Notes: generated by a model from the letters alone, not told the origin. A DNA stretch of 64,000 bases from Thermodesulfobacteriota bacterium (GCA_965216785.1 OZ244197.1:832001-896000); one strand, 5' to 3'; counted from the stretch's first letter, positions 38,935-49,149 are shown. Numbers and translations are program-made.

Positions 38935-39561
38935 TTACTCTCTGATCTTATTAGCCAGATTACCATTTTCTGATGGCAAAACATCAGCATAAAGTACAGT
39001 CATGCTTATTTTGCTATGTCCAAGTTGTTTCTGAACATACCTTAAATTGTTCGTAGCATGAAGCAAAAAGGTAGCATAAGTGTGACGAGCACAGTGGATT
39101 GAATAATGTGAAGGTAAATGAGATTCTTCGATTGCCCTCTTGAATGATTTCATAAGAGTTATTGCTGCGGAGTGTTTTCCATTTCTACCCATAAATAACG
39201 GACTGTCATTATCAACTTCTTCGCCCATTGTTTTCTTTTTCCAAGCTATAAATCTCTTTAAATGGTTTACAAGTTCTTTGTCCAAATAAACATCCCTTTT
39301 TTTACCTCTCTTTCCATTTCGTACAATTAAATATGGATCTTTAGTTGTTAATTCAATATCACCGATTTTTAAGTTAGCAATCTCTGCTACACGCAATCCG
39401 CTAAAAAGTGCTAAATCCACTAACATGTAGCGTTTTATCCATGTTTCACGACCGTGTAATAAATCCAACTCCGACTTATCTTTACAGGTTTTTAACAGTT
39501 TTGATCTTTGATCAGAGTCTAAAATCTTTTCTCTATGGATGTTGTAAGTAGTAGAATTCAT
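38935..39561 (-). CDS. Short (catalytic-domain-only) tyrosine recombinase
   Basis: Complete R-K-H-R-H-Y set: SGLRVAE, NGKRGK, HCARH, LGH, TVLY; 208 aa with no N-terminal core-binding domain. Confidence 0.92.
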   Translation of the reverse strand: MNSTTYNIHREKILDSDQRSKLLKTCKDKSELDLLHGRETWIKRYMLVDLALFSGLRVAEIANLKIGDIELTTKDPYLIVRNGKRGKKRDVYLDKELVNHLKRFIAWKKKTMGEEVDNDSPLFMGRNGKHSAAITLMKSFKRAIEESHLPSHYSIHCARHTYATFLLHATNNLRYVQKQLGHSKISMTVLYADVLPSENGNLANKIRE

Positions 39562-39747
39562 GTTGTCGCCCTATATTTTATAGCCTATGGGTAATACTAT
39601 ATAGTCTAATACGTTTAGGACAACGGTATTTTATAGGTTATTTATGTTCTCTATAAAATATTCTGAATTCTAGATATTAAACAATACCAAAGGAAGAGAT
39701 TAAATCTACTTGGGCAGGAAATATGCAAGAAACATTTTCGACGTACA

Positions 39748-40516
39748 TTATTCGTTCTCTATTTTTTCCCAGTCATAGGTAAATTCTACATTTTCAAGAA
39801 ACTTCAGCGCTTTACGCCTCAAGCTCAGGGTCACTGTTTTGACTAGTAGAGATATGATAAAAAATAACTCGATAGAACATAGCTCCTTTACCTATCCAAC
39901 TCTTGTACGGACCTTCTATAACATTAATTTCAATATATTCATAAAAATACCGTTCACTCGGGTTTAATGTAGATTCTAAGAATCTTATTGACGAACCGCC
40001 CTTCCCGAGCCAAATTGGTTTAGATGAGGAATAGTCAGTCTTTGATTTAACACATATATCTTTAATCCCATTTACCACTTCTAAGTTGTATCGATAGTCT
40101 TCAATACCGAACTTATTGTCCTTAAGAGTTGTATTTTGGACGGATTCCAGTTCTTTTTCTATTTTATCAAACAAATATTTATCGCTTAGCTTATCGTTCC
40201 AAGATCCTATATAACTATCGAAACCGATGAAGTAAACATCATCCCCGTCACCGCTAGCAAATTTAGCTTCATTTTCACACTTATCATTTAAAGCATCCAG
40301 GGAATAACTCCTCTTATGCCACTCACCATCTTCGGGAAGCACTATTGAATAACAATTAAGCTCAATCTTGGTAGACGGATTTTCGATCTCAACATATTTT
40401 GCCGAACAGCTGAGAATAAATAAAAAGAATGGTAAGAAGCCGATAAAGAACTTGTAGCTTGGCAGTATTTCTCTATTTAATATACGCCGATCAATGTTCA
40501 TTTGTTCTTTCGCCAT
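39748..40516 (-). pseudogene. Lipoprotein of unknown function with a +1 frameshift near the 3' end; paralog of 60803-61555
   Basis: ILSC lipobox; stop after DPELEA; next frame continues KALKFLENVEFTYDWEKIENE, matching the paralog C-terminus. Confidence 0.7.
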
Positions 40517-40594
40517 AAGTCAGAGTCTATGTCCTATGAATAATTCCAATTGTTGGTACATAATATTCAATTGCACTGCATAAGTGGCAGGTCA

Positions 40595-41839
40595 TTACTC
40601 TGATTGTGAAAACACCTGAATGCGATTATTAAACGAATCTACTACGTATATATTGTTCATACTGTCCACTACTATGCCAGCTGGAGAATCAAACTGCCCA
40701 ATCCCATTGCCGTTTATACCTGCCTGGCATGGAGTATCTTCAGTGGTACAAACTTGAAACTCATTAGTACCATCATCTACCCCCCACCCAAACATAAAAA
40801 GAAAATTAGCTGAAGAATCAAACACCTGGATGCGATGTCGTCTCGTATCTGTTACGTATAAATTATTCATACCGTCTACCGCTATGTCATCAGGATCAAA
40901 AAACTCTCCAGGCCCATCACCGAATGAACCAAACATAAAAAGGAAACTACCTTCAGAATCAAACACCTGGGTGCGATTATTAAACGAATCCACTACGTAA
41001 ATATTCTTGATACTGTCTACCGCAATGCCAAAAGGGAGATTAAACTGCCCTGCTCCACCACCTTCTAAACCTGCCTGACATGGAGTATCTTCAGTGGTAC
41101 AAACTTGAAACTCATCAGTACCATCATCTACTCCCCACCCAAACATAAAAAGAAAATTCCCCGCGGAATCAAACACCTGGACGCGGTGATTAGGAAAGTC
41201 TGAAACGTATATATTATTCGAATTGTCTAATGTTATACCAGCAGAACCATCAAACTGCCCTGCTCCACCGCCAACTGAACCTGCCTGGCAAGGAGCACTT
41301 TCACTGGTACAAATTTGAAACTCATCGGTATCATCATCTACACGCCACCCAAACATAAAAAGAAAATTCCCCGCGGAATCAAACACCTGGACGCGGTGAT
41401 TAGTTGGATCTGAAACGTATATATTATTCATACTGTCTACTGCTAAGTCATTAGGGAAATGTAACTGCCCTGCTCCACCACCTTCTAAACCTGCCTGACA
41501 TGGAGTATCTTCAGTGGTACAAACTTGAAACTCATCAGTACCATCATCTACCCCCCACCCAAACATAAAAAGAAAATTCCCCGCGGAATCAAACACCTGG
41601 ACGCGGTGATTTATGTTATCTGCAATGTATATATTATTCATACTATCTAATGCCATGCCGCCGCTGAGTGAACTAAATATGGATTCAAAAAGCACGGGAG
41701 ATCTGTCTCCGTCTCCATCACCTTCTCCATTTTCGATGTCTCCATTTCCTCCGCTACTCTGACTACATCCACCGATATTACCAAGAGCAAATACGACAAG
41801 CAATAAAGAAACTACTATATGTCTGGTTATATACATCAT
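40595..41839 (-). CDS. NHL-repeat lipoprotein with Cys-containing loop inserts
   Basis: AGGAGG RBS before 41839; IGGC lipobox; six NHL blades (IAVDSxNNIYVxD..NHRVQVFD). Confidence 0.88.
   Translation of the reverse strand: MMYITRHIVVSLLLVVFALGNIGGCSQSSGGNGDIENGEGDGDGDRSPVLFESIFSSLSGGMALDSMNNIYIADNINHRVQVFDSAGNFLFMFGWGVDDGTDEFQVCTTEDTPCQAGLEGGGAGQLHFPNDLAVDSMNNIYVSDPTNHRVQVFDSAGNFLFMFGWRVDDDTDEFQICTSESAPCQAGSVGGGAGQFDGSAGITLDNSNNIYVSDFPNHRVQVFDSAGNFLFMFGWGVDDGTDEFQVCTTEDTPCQAGLEGGGAGQFNLPFGIAVDSIKNIYVVDSFNNRTQVFDSEGSFLFMFGSFGDGPGEFFDPDDIAVDGMNNLYVTDTRRHRIQVFDSSANFLFMFGWGVDDGTNEFQVCTTEDTPCQAGINGNGIGQFDSPAGIVVDSMNNIYVVDSFNNRIQVFSQSE
41043..41611. repeat. 210-bp-period intragenic tandem repeats
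   Basis: 41043-41191 and 41463-41611 differ at one base; more diverged copies near 41253-41401 and 40693-40830. Confidence 0.9.
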
Positions 41840-41896
41840 ACACCTCCTAATAGCCTCAATCTCATCAGATGTAAATAATAACAAAGAAAAACCTAG

Positions 41897-42622
41897 CTAG
41901 TCTGAGCCAACCGAAAGATTTTCCGCAAAATTAAAAATATTCTTTTTACCGATATTAAGGCTTTTGACTCCTTTAGCTTTCATCTTATCTATAATCATAT
42001 TACGAGCCTCGTTAAGGTCTGCAGTAACAAATGGCACAACATCTTCACAGTCACCACTTAGGTCAATTCCAAATGGGATATCGGCAACAACTAAGTCGTT
42101 AACTTCAAGCATTTCTCCGTTCTCCAGCCTAACGCATTCTCCACTAGCATCAGAAAATACGTCCAATATCAATGCTGTAAAAATATCGCACATATTCTCT
42201 CCTTGAGCTGAAGCACCTAAACCAATGACAGCCCCAGAATCTGGTATGTCCGACAAAGTTAAGGCAACATTCTCTCCATCAGAGGTTAAACCAATCAGGA
42301 CAGCATTATTTGCATCAACAAAAAAGTATCCTGTATCACTAAAGTCTGTATTAAGTGGTGGAGCTTGACATTGAGTCGGTGGTGAATTTGTAGGTGGCGG
42401 TACAATACCACATTCGGGAATACTATTACACATCCTCCCAATTTGCAACTGTCCGCCGAGACCGTCACATTCAGCTTTATTAGTACCGTCCAAGCAGGCG
42501 TTCTCTCCTATTACACAGCAGCCTTCATTTGTTCCACCACCACTGCTTCCGCATCCCCCCACAGTTGCAAGTCCTATAAAAACAAACAAAACAGCAATTC
42601 CCAATAATCTTAGATAACTTAT
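41897..42622 (-). CDS. Cys-rich lipoprotein of unknown function (start uncertain)
   Basis: VGGC lipobox; GCC..C..C..C..C module; Pro-rich linker; the RBS precedes an in-frame ATA at 42622. Confidence 0.7.
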   Translation of the reverse strand: MSYLRLLGIAVLFVFIGLATVGGCGSSGGGTNEGCCVIGENACLDGTNKAECDGLGGQLQIGRMCNSIPECGIVPPPTNSPPTQCQAPPLNTDFSDTGYFFVDANNAVLIGLTSDGENVALTLSDIPDSGAVIGLGASAQGENMCDIFTALILDVFSDASGECVRLENGEMLEVNDLVVADIPFGIDLSGDCEDVVPFVTADLNEARNMIIDKMKAKGVKSLNIGKKNIFNFAENLSVGSD

Positions 42623-42702
42623 GATAACCTCCCCAATACCTTAGTAATGTCTAAATATTATTGCATAAGTCATACCAGAACTATTTGTACAGTAATTAAG
42701 GT

Positions 42703-44472
42703 TTAAGGAGGGGCATCGCATGGAGTCCCGTCAGCTAATCGACATGGTTCAAACATAAATACATCAGTCGCAACAGAACTTAAATTACCGAGGTTATCTT
42801 CCGCTTGTACAGTCCATATCCAGTCATTGAGGTTACTATCTATTACAAAGGAGTTGCAGCTCAATTCAGTAAAATTTGAATCCTGCACAAAAGTATCGAT
42901 AATAGGAAAAATAGCACCAATGCGCATTGCGAAAAGGTGGTAGCCTCTTATTCCGTTTGGCGAAGTGGCATCTGTCCAATCAAAAAATAAGCGGAAGCCA
43001 AACCCACGTGTCTGGTCAAACGGGCAACCGATATTCGGATTGTTTTGTTGAATGATATCGTTGTTAATAGGAGTCAATAGAATAGGGGTTGTTACGGTTG
43101 GTGCTGGTGCATTATCTGATAGCACTTTCATTAAATCTTCTATCATCTCTCGAATTGCCATTTGTGCCTCATCAGTGGGTAATGGTGGAGGTTCTGAATC
43201 TTGGATTTCGTAAGCCCCAATATCACAAGCTACTCCATTTGGACGGGGGAAGCCACGTTGATCTTCATTTATTAACAAACCCTGTGGATCAAGGCATCCC
43301 GAGGGATCTCCCATATCTATTGCAGGACTTCCTTCAAGTAGTGCGTGTGTATTTGTTGGACCTCCATTGGCAGCAAGTGTGTCCAACAGCGGGTCAGTAA
43401 AAGGCTTATCACCCTCTTCAATGAGGTCGCATGTTCCATCACTATCAATATTATAGCCATTTGAAAATATTACACCGAAATCTCCGTCACAATCTGTACC
43501 AAATAAATTGTTTGCGATAATAGTATTACTAAGTTCCAGGTTGCCATTACTAAAGATACCGCTACCTTCTGTACCCGCAGAGTTACCGTATATAGTGCTG
43601 TTTGATATAAAAGAATTTCTAGAAAATATAAAGATGCCACCTCCCTGAGTGTCTGAAGAATTTCCTGATACCGTGCTGTTTGTCATATCTATCGTGCTTC
43701 TGAATGTAAAAATACCTCCCCCATCAGAGCTACTAGTATTTCCTGATATTGTGCTTTTGTTTATTTTTACTGTATTAAAGTCAGCGGACACTCCACCTCC
43801 AAAAGTTGCTGAGTTTCCTGATATGGTACTGTCGTTAATTTCTTGGGGACTAGTTAACATTACATATGAAATGGCCCCTCCGTGGCTGCCTGCAGAGTTT
43901 CCGGACAATGTGCTGTTGTTAACTATTAATGTACCTTTGTTGTTATGAATAGCTCCACCAGATAAGAGTGCAGAATTCCCAAACAACATACTGTTGTTGA
44001 TTTCTAATCTGGCTAAAAAGCAACAGTCTATATAAATACCACCACCGTTGCTGTTATTTCCACTAGCACAACCATTGCTTACTGATATATCGTTCAGTAT
44101 TAGGTCTCCGGTTTGGGACACATGAAAGATACGGAATTCAACGCCCACCCCATCACAAGGAATATTGCTCGCACTTCCTACGATATTTGATCCGTTACCG
44201 TTGATTGATAGCTCGCTCGTTATGCTTGGAAGACCATTAACTCCATCAGCTGGAAATGGAATCCTGCCATCATTAGCTGGCGATAAGGTATAGGTGGAAC
44301 CGTTAGCAAGATTGATAGTATCTACTTCACCATTAGAGTTAGATGTAATAATGGCATCTATTAGTGCACTAACATCACCAGGTGGAATATTGAATACTGC
44401 GGAATGTGATGAAACTGGGAGTATCTGTAAGAATAAGATGAAGGCTATGACTAATATTGTTAAGTTTTTCAT
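42703..44472 (-). CDS. Secreted parallel beta-helix protein with choice-of-anchor Q domain
   Basis: NSTxSGNSA..GGGI repeats; ANGGPTNTHALLEGSPAID..DQRGFPR..CDIGAYE. Confidence 0.82.
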   Translation of the reverse strand: MKNLTILVIAFILFLQILPVSSHSAVFNIPPGDVSALIDAIITSNSNGEVDTINLANGSTYTLSPANDGRIPFPADGVNGLPSITSELSINGNGSNIVGSASNIPCDGVGVEFRIFHVSQTGDLILNDISVSNGCASGNNSNGGGIYIDCCFLARLEINNSMLFGNSALLSGGAIHNNKGTLIVNNSTLSGNSAGSHGGAISYVMLTSPQEINDSTISGNSATFGGGVSADFNTVKINKSTISGNTSSSDGGGIFTFRSTIDMTNSTVSGNSSDTQGGGIFIFSRNSFISNSTIYGNSAGTEGSGIFSNGNLELSNTIIANNLFGTDCDGDFGVIFSNGYNIDSDGTCDLIEEGDKPFTDPLLDTLAANGGPTNTHALLEGSPAIDMGDPSGCLDPQGLLINEDQRGFPRPNGVACDIGAYEIQDSEPPPLPTDEAQMAIREMIEDLMKVLSDNAPAPTVTTPILLTPINNDIIQQNNPNIGCPFDQTRGFGFRLFFDWTDATSPNGIRGYHLFAMRIGAIFPIIDTFVQDSNFTELSCNSFVIDSNLNDWIWTVQAEDNLGNLSSVATDVFMFEPCRLADGTPCDAPP

Positions 44473-44753
44473 TTATCCTCTCACCCTGAAATAAATTCAC
44501 TTATACAGTAAGTCAAATAGCCTTTTGCTTATTCCACTCTAGTATACTGCACCCAAATTGTCAAGCATTAGTTACCTTGGAGTACTAGATGTTAAACAAT
44601 ACGAAAATAAAGATTAACAATTGCTGGGTAGGAGATCAGTTATAGAGAGGTTTGATATAATGGGGAGCAGTATAAGCAGTATTACTACACCAAAAACGAC
44701 CATATCTTATAGATTATTTATATTCTCTATAAAATTTTCTGTATTCTGGATTT

Positions 44754-45275
44754 CTACTGCACTAATAAAACTAAGTTGCATGAAACATCTGTCCTACGAT
44801 CCATCTCTCTATCTAATATTTGAGAATGGGTCATTCTTCCGTCTTCTGACGAACCATCAATGCTAAATATCTGCCCGAGTCCATAGTTGTCGGGACTTGA
44901 TATACTTATAATTCTGCATCCAATTTGTCTCCAAAAGAACGAGCCACCGATTTCCATATTTAATTCACTTCCTTCAAAGACCAAGCCACCGAATGCCGTA
45001 CTTTCTCCTGTCCCATCAGCGTAAATAGAGAGCTCGTATTCTTCGTCAAAATCGTTAGTACAACTCCAGAATGAGTTTGCTTCTTGAGCATTGGGTCCGT
45101 TCGTAATATCAACAATCTTGAAGTCTGTTAAATCACTGCAACGAGGAGGGGGGTCAGGACAAAATCCTCTACAGTCATCTCCCCCACAACCACCTATTAC
45201 ACCAAAAGCTATTATTAGGATGAGAACTGCAAAAGATATATCAAATCTATTCATACTACTCTCATTGTAACGCAA
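44754..45275 (-). CDS. Hypothetical lipoprotein
   Basis: IGGC lipobox; Cys-rich N-terminus. Confidence 0.65.
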   Translation of the reverse strand: MRYNESSMNRFDISFAVLILIIAFGVIGGCGGDDCRGFCPDPPPRCSDLTDFKIVDITNGPNAQEANSFWSCTNDFDEEYELSIYADGTGESTAFGGLVFEGSELNMEIGGSFFWRQIGCRIISISSPDNYGLGQIFSIDGSSEDGRMTHSQILDREMDRRTDVSCNLVLLVQ

Positions 45276-45277
45276 TG

Positions 45278-46300
45278 CTAATACACTGTAATTGAATAAC
45301 CTCTTTCATTTAAGCATTCTCGGTAATATTTATTCGACTTCTTGAAAAACTTAACGCCTCCTGGCTTTGACTTAACATTATCATATGTAAGCCTCATACA
45401 TTCATCCCTGTCTTTCTGCCACTTAGTTTTTTCATACTTATCCTTTGTAGGATGTACGTTTACAAATGGATTTAATTTCCCCGACTCGCATATTGAATAA
45501 TAGCTGCCATCTGAGTAATAGCCCCCTTCTACATGCTCGGCAATATCACCGACAGGATGTCCTTTCTCTATGCATTCAAATTTGCAAGCCCGTGACTTTT
45601 CATGGCATGATAGAAGCCCCTTAAAATATTTTTGCCTAAAATCCTCGAGTGGACCGCCACAAGTGTTTGAATATTTAGAATCACATTCCTCAATACACAT
45701 TCTTTCATCAATACCTATGTATTCGACCACATAAATACCTTCATATCCGAATTGATTTTCATAGATTCCGTATGTTCCAACTAATCCTGTTGCGAACTCA
45801 TCTCCAAGGTGGAACTCAGGATAATACGGCTCACACCCCTCACCCTCAACAAAACCAGAAACCGCTCCTAGGGTAGAAGAGATAGCTGCTGACTCCAGGC
45901 TTATTGCTCCAGAATAAAGAATAGCAGCAGGAGGAGCTAGAATAACCGCAGATGTTACACCGACCGTAAGTATAGTAATCATGAGAGCGTTTTTCCCAGC
46001 ACTAACAGTCTCTTGTTTCATCCCCGTTATATCGCTTAAGAGAACTTTTATATTCTCTCCGAATATGGCTTCATCTGTAACCTCTGTAACCTCAAATTCT
46101 GTCTCTTGGTTATCCTTGGTAACTATTTTTACCGTATCACCGGGTTCAATTACGGACTGGATGTTCACAGGGTCAGGGTAAACTGCGGTATGGGATGCAC
46201 AGGAGGCTAATATTAAAAGAAAAGCTGCTAAGATAGTTGCACCAGTCCGCATTAATTCACTATCTTTATATTGATTAGCGCAGTCCAAAGTTTTCTTCAT
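45278..46300 (-). CDS. Hypothetical lipoprotein (likely start 46252); paralog of 46297-47070
   Basis: LASC lipobox; shared PGDxxKIVTKDNQExEFEV domain; hydrophobic segment; Cys-rich C-terminus. Confidence 0.7.
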   Translation of the reverse strand: MKKTLDCANQYKDSELMRTGATILAAFLLILASCASHTAVYPDPVNIQSVIEPGDTVKIVTKDNQETEFEVTEVTDEAIFGENIKVLLSDITGMKQETVSAGKNALMITILTVGVTSAVILAPPAAILYSGAISLESAAISSTLGAVSGFVEGEGCEPYYPEFHLGDEFATGLVGTYGIYENQFGYEGIYVVEYIGIDERMCIEECDSKYSNTCGGPLEDFRQKYFKGLLSCHEKSRACKFECIEKGHPVGDIAEHVEGGYYSDGSYYSICESGKLNPFVNVHPTKDKYEKTKWQKDRDECMRLTYDNVKSKPGGVKFFKKSNKYYRECLNERGYSITVY

Positions 46301-47070
46301 TGGTTATTTTCGTTATAACATTTACGTATACATGACTCGAGAGGATGGCATAGTTCCATACCTTCAAGTTTAGCACGACCGTAACTAGCACGACCGTAAT
46401 ATTGTTGCATTGTATTATCCGTATTACTCACTCTATTATTACAATTGTGATTTTTATCGCACTCTTGGGCACATATTTCTTCCTCTATAGTTCTTTCTTT
46501 ATAAGTGTAGAAGTCCGGATGGTATTCATAACTGGTGCCGGTAAATATCAACAATTCTCCAGCCTGTTCAGCAGTAGACCCTAGAGTATCTGATAAAGCT
46601 TCGTATTTTGAGCCTCCATACGGCGCACCAAGTACACCTAGTGCCAGATAACCAGCTAAACTAAATGTAAATATAGAAATTAAAAGTGTTTCTTCCCCGC
46701 CACTTGCAGTCTCTTCCTCTATGTCTGTTATATCTGTAATAGGAACCTTTATATTCTCTCCGATTATATATTCGTCGTTAACCTCAATAACCTCAAATTC
46801 AACTTCCTGGTTATCCTTGGTAACTATTTTTATTTTATCACCGGGTTGTATCTCTGATTGTATGTTCGCTGGGTATGGATGAATTGTTTTGTTTGAGGTA
46901 CACGAGGCTATAAGAAAAATTATTATTAAAAAATGAATATAGAGTAATTTACGTATTCCACACCCTCCAATGGTGCCTAGTGTAACAAATATTAATAGAA
47001 TAAGTTTAAGTTTTTTCATACTATCATTACCCTTATTAAGGCGTAAAAGGCTGCCTTTCACCTTCTCCAA
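46297..47070 (-). CDS. Hypothetical lipoprotein with two tandem signal peptides (likely start 47019)
   Basis: MKKLKL..IGGC followed immediately by IRKLL..IASC; same domain as 45278-46300. Confidence 0.7.
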   Translation of the reverse strand: MEKVKGSLLRLNKGNDSMKKLKLILLIFVTLGTIGGCGIRKLLYIHFLIIIFLIASCTSNKTIHPYPANIQSEIQPGDKIKIVTKDNQEVEFEVIEVNDEYIIGENIKVPITDITDIEEETASGGEETLLISIFTFSLAGYLALGVLGAPYGGSKYEALSDTLGSTAEQAGELLIFTGTSYEYHPDFYTYKERTIEEEICAQECDKNHNCNNRVSNTDNTMQQYYGRASYGRAKLEGMELCHPLESCIRKCYNENNQ

Positions 47071-47428
47071 TTTTGTTATATTCAGGCTGTTCTATTCCAA
47101 CATGTTCATATTCAATTATTTCCATTTGAGGACTGCCTAATGCATTGGTATCGCCATCTTCATATCTTTCTATTCTCTCATCGCATAAAGCATCATCATC
47201 TGCCCACTTTTTATCAAAGTAATACTTTTCTGTACACAAATCTAAAGGCGGTAGTCCTTGTTTTTCTCTCTCAATATTCATTTCATTATATTGAGCCATA
47301 AATCTTTCCTTACCTGCTCTAGTTTCAGCTTTTTGTGCTTCAATAGCTGTACCTGTTGCTATCATTGCTGCAGATAAACATCCTGTATTTAGGATACAAA
47401 TTATTAAAAGTCCAATCAGTTTTTTCAT
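47036..47428 (-). CDS. Hypothetical lipoprotein; paralog of 47519-47902
   Basis: NTGC lipobox; NIEREKxGLPPLDLCTEKY motif. Confidence 0.75.
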   Translation of the reverse strand: MKKLIGLLIICILNTGCLSAAMIATGTAIEAQKAETRAGKERFMAQYNEMNIEREKQGLPPLDLCTEKYYFDKKWADDDALCDERIERYEDGDTNALGSPQMEIIEYEHVGIEQPEYNKIGEGERQPFTP

Positions 47429-47518
47429 AACCTAAGACCTCCAGTTTGTTAGTAATCCAGTAAAACTAATCTCATTAATGCCAGAAGGCACTATAAATAA
47501 GTCGTAAGGTTTCAATTA

Positions 47519-47902
47519 TTAAGGTTCCACTGGTTGCTTGTCTCCAGATCTTTGATAATTGGGCTCGACACTATGGGGATTAACTTGGTTTGATTCGTCA
47601 ACTTCTCTATTTCCCAGAGCCGTGCTATCACCCGCTTCATATCTAATAATTCTTTCTTTGCATTCTGGATCATTATCCGCCCACTTTTCGTCAAAGTGAT
47701 ATTTTTCTGTGCACAAATCTAATGGTGGTAAGCCTGCTTTTTCCCTTTCAATATTAGTCTCGTTGAACTGTTCCATGAACTTTTCATTTGTCCTATTAGT
47801 TTCACTACGACGATATGTATCAACAACTACTGCCTCTATACATCCAGTACTTAAAATTGAAAGACATGTTAAGAGAATCAGATGTGTATTTATAAGATTC
47901 AT
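47519..47902 (-). CDS. Hypothetical lipoprotein; paralog of 47036-47428
   Basis: STGC lipobox; NIEREKxGLPPLDLCTEKY motif. Confidence 0.75.
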   Translation of the reverse strand: MNLINTHLILLTCLSILSTGCIEAVVVDTYRRSETNRTNEKFMEQFNETNIEREKAGLPPLDLCTEKYHFDEKWADNDPECKERIIRYEAGDSTALGNREVDESNQVNPHSVEPNYQRSGDKQPVEP

Positions 47903-47944
47903 TAGCCTCTCCTTTTCAGTCTATGAATTGCCTATACGGTGCTA

Positions 47945-48991
47945 TTATGGACCGATACCTGTATTGTGATCAGAAATGATTGTCCGATTGCCGGTGAATT
48001 GATCTACGTAAACTACTGCATTTAGACCCGAGTCAAGCACTACAAAATCCCCATTTGCAGTAATCGTTATATCAATAGGAATCTGAAAGAACGGTCCACT
48101 TCCCCTGCTGTCATCGGAAATTATTGATCGATCTCCCGTGAACTGATCCACATGCACGACCGCGTTTAAGACACTATCAACTACAACAAAATCCCCATCC
48201 CTAGTAACTACTAAATCTATAGGGTGTTGAAAAGTGATGCCGCTTCCAGTTTCCATATCGGATACAATCGTGCGATCACCAGTAAGCTGATCAACATACA
48301 ATAAGTCCATTGAATTTGGATTTACTATCACAATATTCTCATCTGCCGTGAGTGCCAGTCCAAAACCAAAGGGTATTGGACCACTGCCATTGCTGCTATC
48401 GGAAATTATTGTACGATGGCCTGTTTCATGGTCTATATGTGTTACAGCGCCGTCACCCACAACAACATAATCCCCGTTCTGAGCGACAGCTACATCTTGT
48501 GGGAATATAATGTCGGGGCCAGTACCTGTTGCTAAATCGGAAATTATCCTACGGTCCCCTGTTATCTGATCTATATGGAATATTGCATTTGATAGTAAAA
48601 CGGCCACCACAAAATCTCCATTTGGTGTTACCGCTATTTCGAAAAAGCCTGTAAATATCGGGCCACTTCCTATGTTTATGCTAGAGACAAATGTGCGGTT
48701 GCCTGAATCAAAATCAACACGTATTACGGAACCAGGACTCAGTGGAGCAAGCAATCGATTTTCATTGGTTTGATTTTTACCTACAAAATCATCTGTAACT
48801 ATAAAATCCCCATCAGTGGCCATTGCTATACTAGTAGGAGATCTAAAGCCCGACACTCGGACATTATTACTTTCTGATTCTTCTGACATATCACAGGCTG
48901 TCAAAGCTGTAGTAACAACCAAGACAAATAGGATTAAAACTTTAAGAAAATTCAGTTTTGAGCTAATCATATGAAACAACCCCAATGTCAA
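47945..48991 (-). CDS. Beta-propeller repeat lipoprotein
   Basis: LTAC lipobox; ~49-aa repeats GDFVV..VDQxTGDRxIISD..GSGP. Confidence 0.75.
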   Translation of the reverse strand: MTLGLFHMISSKLNFLKVLILFVLVVTTALTACDMSEESESNNVRVSGFRSPTSIAMATDGDFIVTDDFVGKNQTNENRLLAPLSPGSVIRVDFDSGNRTFVSSINIGSGPIFTGFFEIAVTPNGDFVVAVLLSNAIFHIDQITGDRRIISDLATGTGPDIIFPQDVAVAQNGDYVVVGDGAVTHIDHETGHRTIISDSSNGSGPIPFGFGLALTADENIVIVNPNSMDLLYVDQLTGDRTIVSDMETGSGITFQHPIDLVVTRDGDFVVVDSVLNAVVHVDQFTGDRSIISDDSRGSGPFFQIPIDITITANGDFVVLDSGLNAVVYVDQFTGNRTIISDHNTGIGP

Positions 48992-49000
48992 AAATTCATA

Positions 49001-49111
49001 TTAATCTTTCATTCTATTTACTACTTCTAATGTAAAGAAGAAAAGCGCTACAAGTACAGGACATAAACCGTAAATACAAACATCTATAATCTCACTAAAC
49101 CACGCATCCAT
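49001..49111 (-). CDS. Putative 36-aa single-TM small protein
   Basis: GAGGTG RBS; MDAWFSEIIDVCIYGLCPVLVALFFFTLEVVNRMKD. Confidence 0.45.
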   Translation of the reverse strand: MDAWFSEIIDVCIYGLCPVLVALFFFTLEVVNRMKD

Positions 49112-49149
49112 AATCACACCTCGCTCCTGTAATCTATTTTTAAAGACCC

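Noticed and set aside
40693-41611. DGR template/variable repeat or CRISPR
   Set aside because: Repeats are in-frame NHL blades, differences are not adenine-specific, and there is no reverse transcriptase in the window
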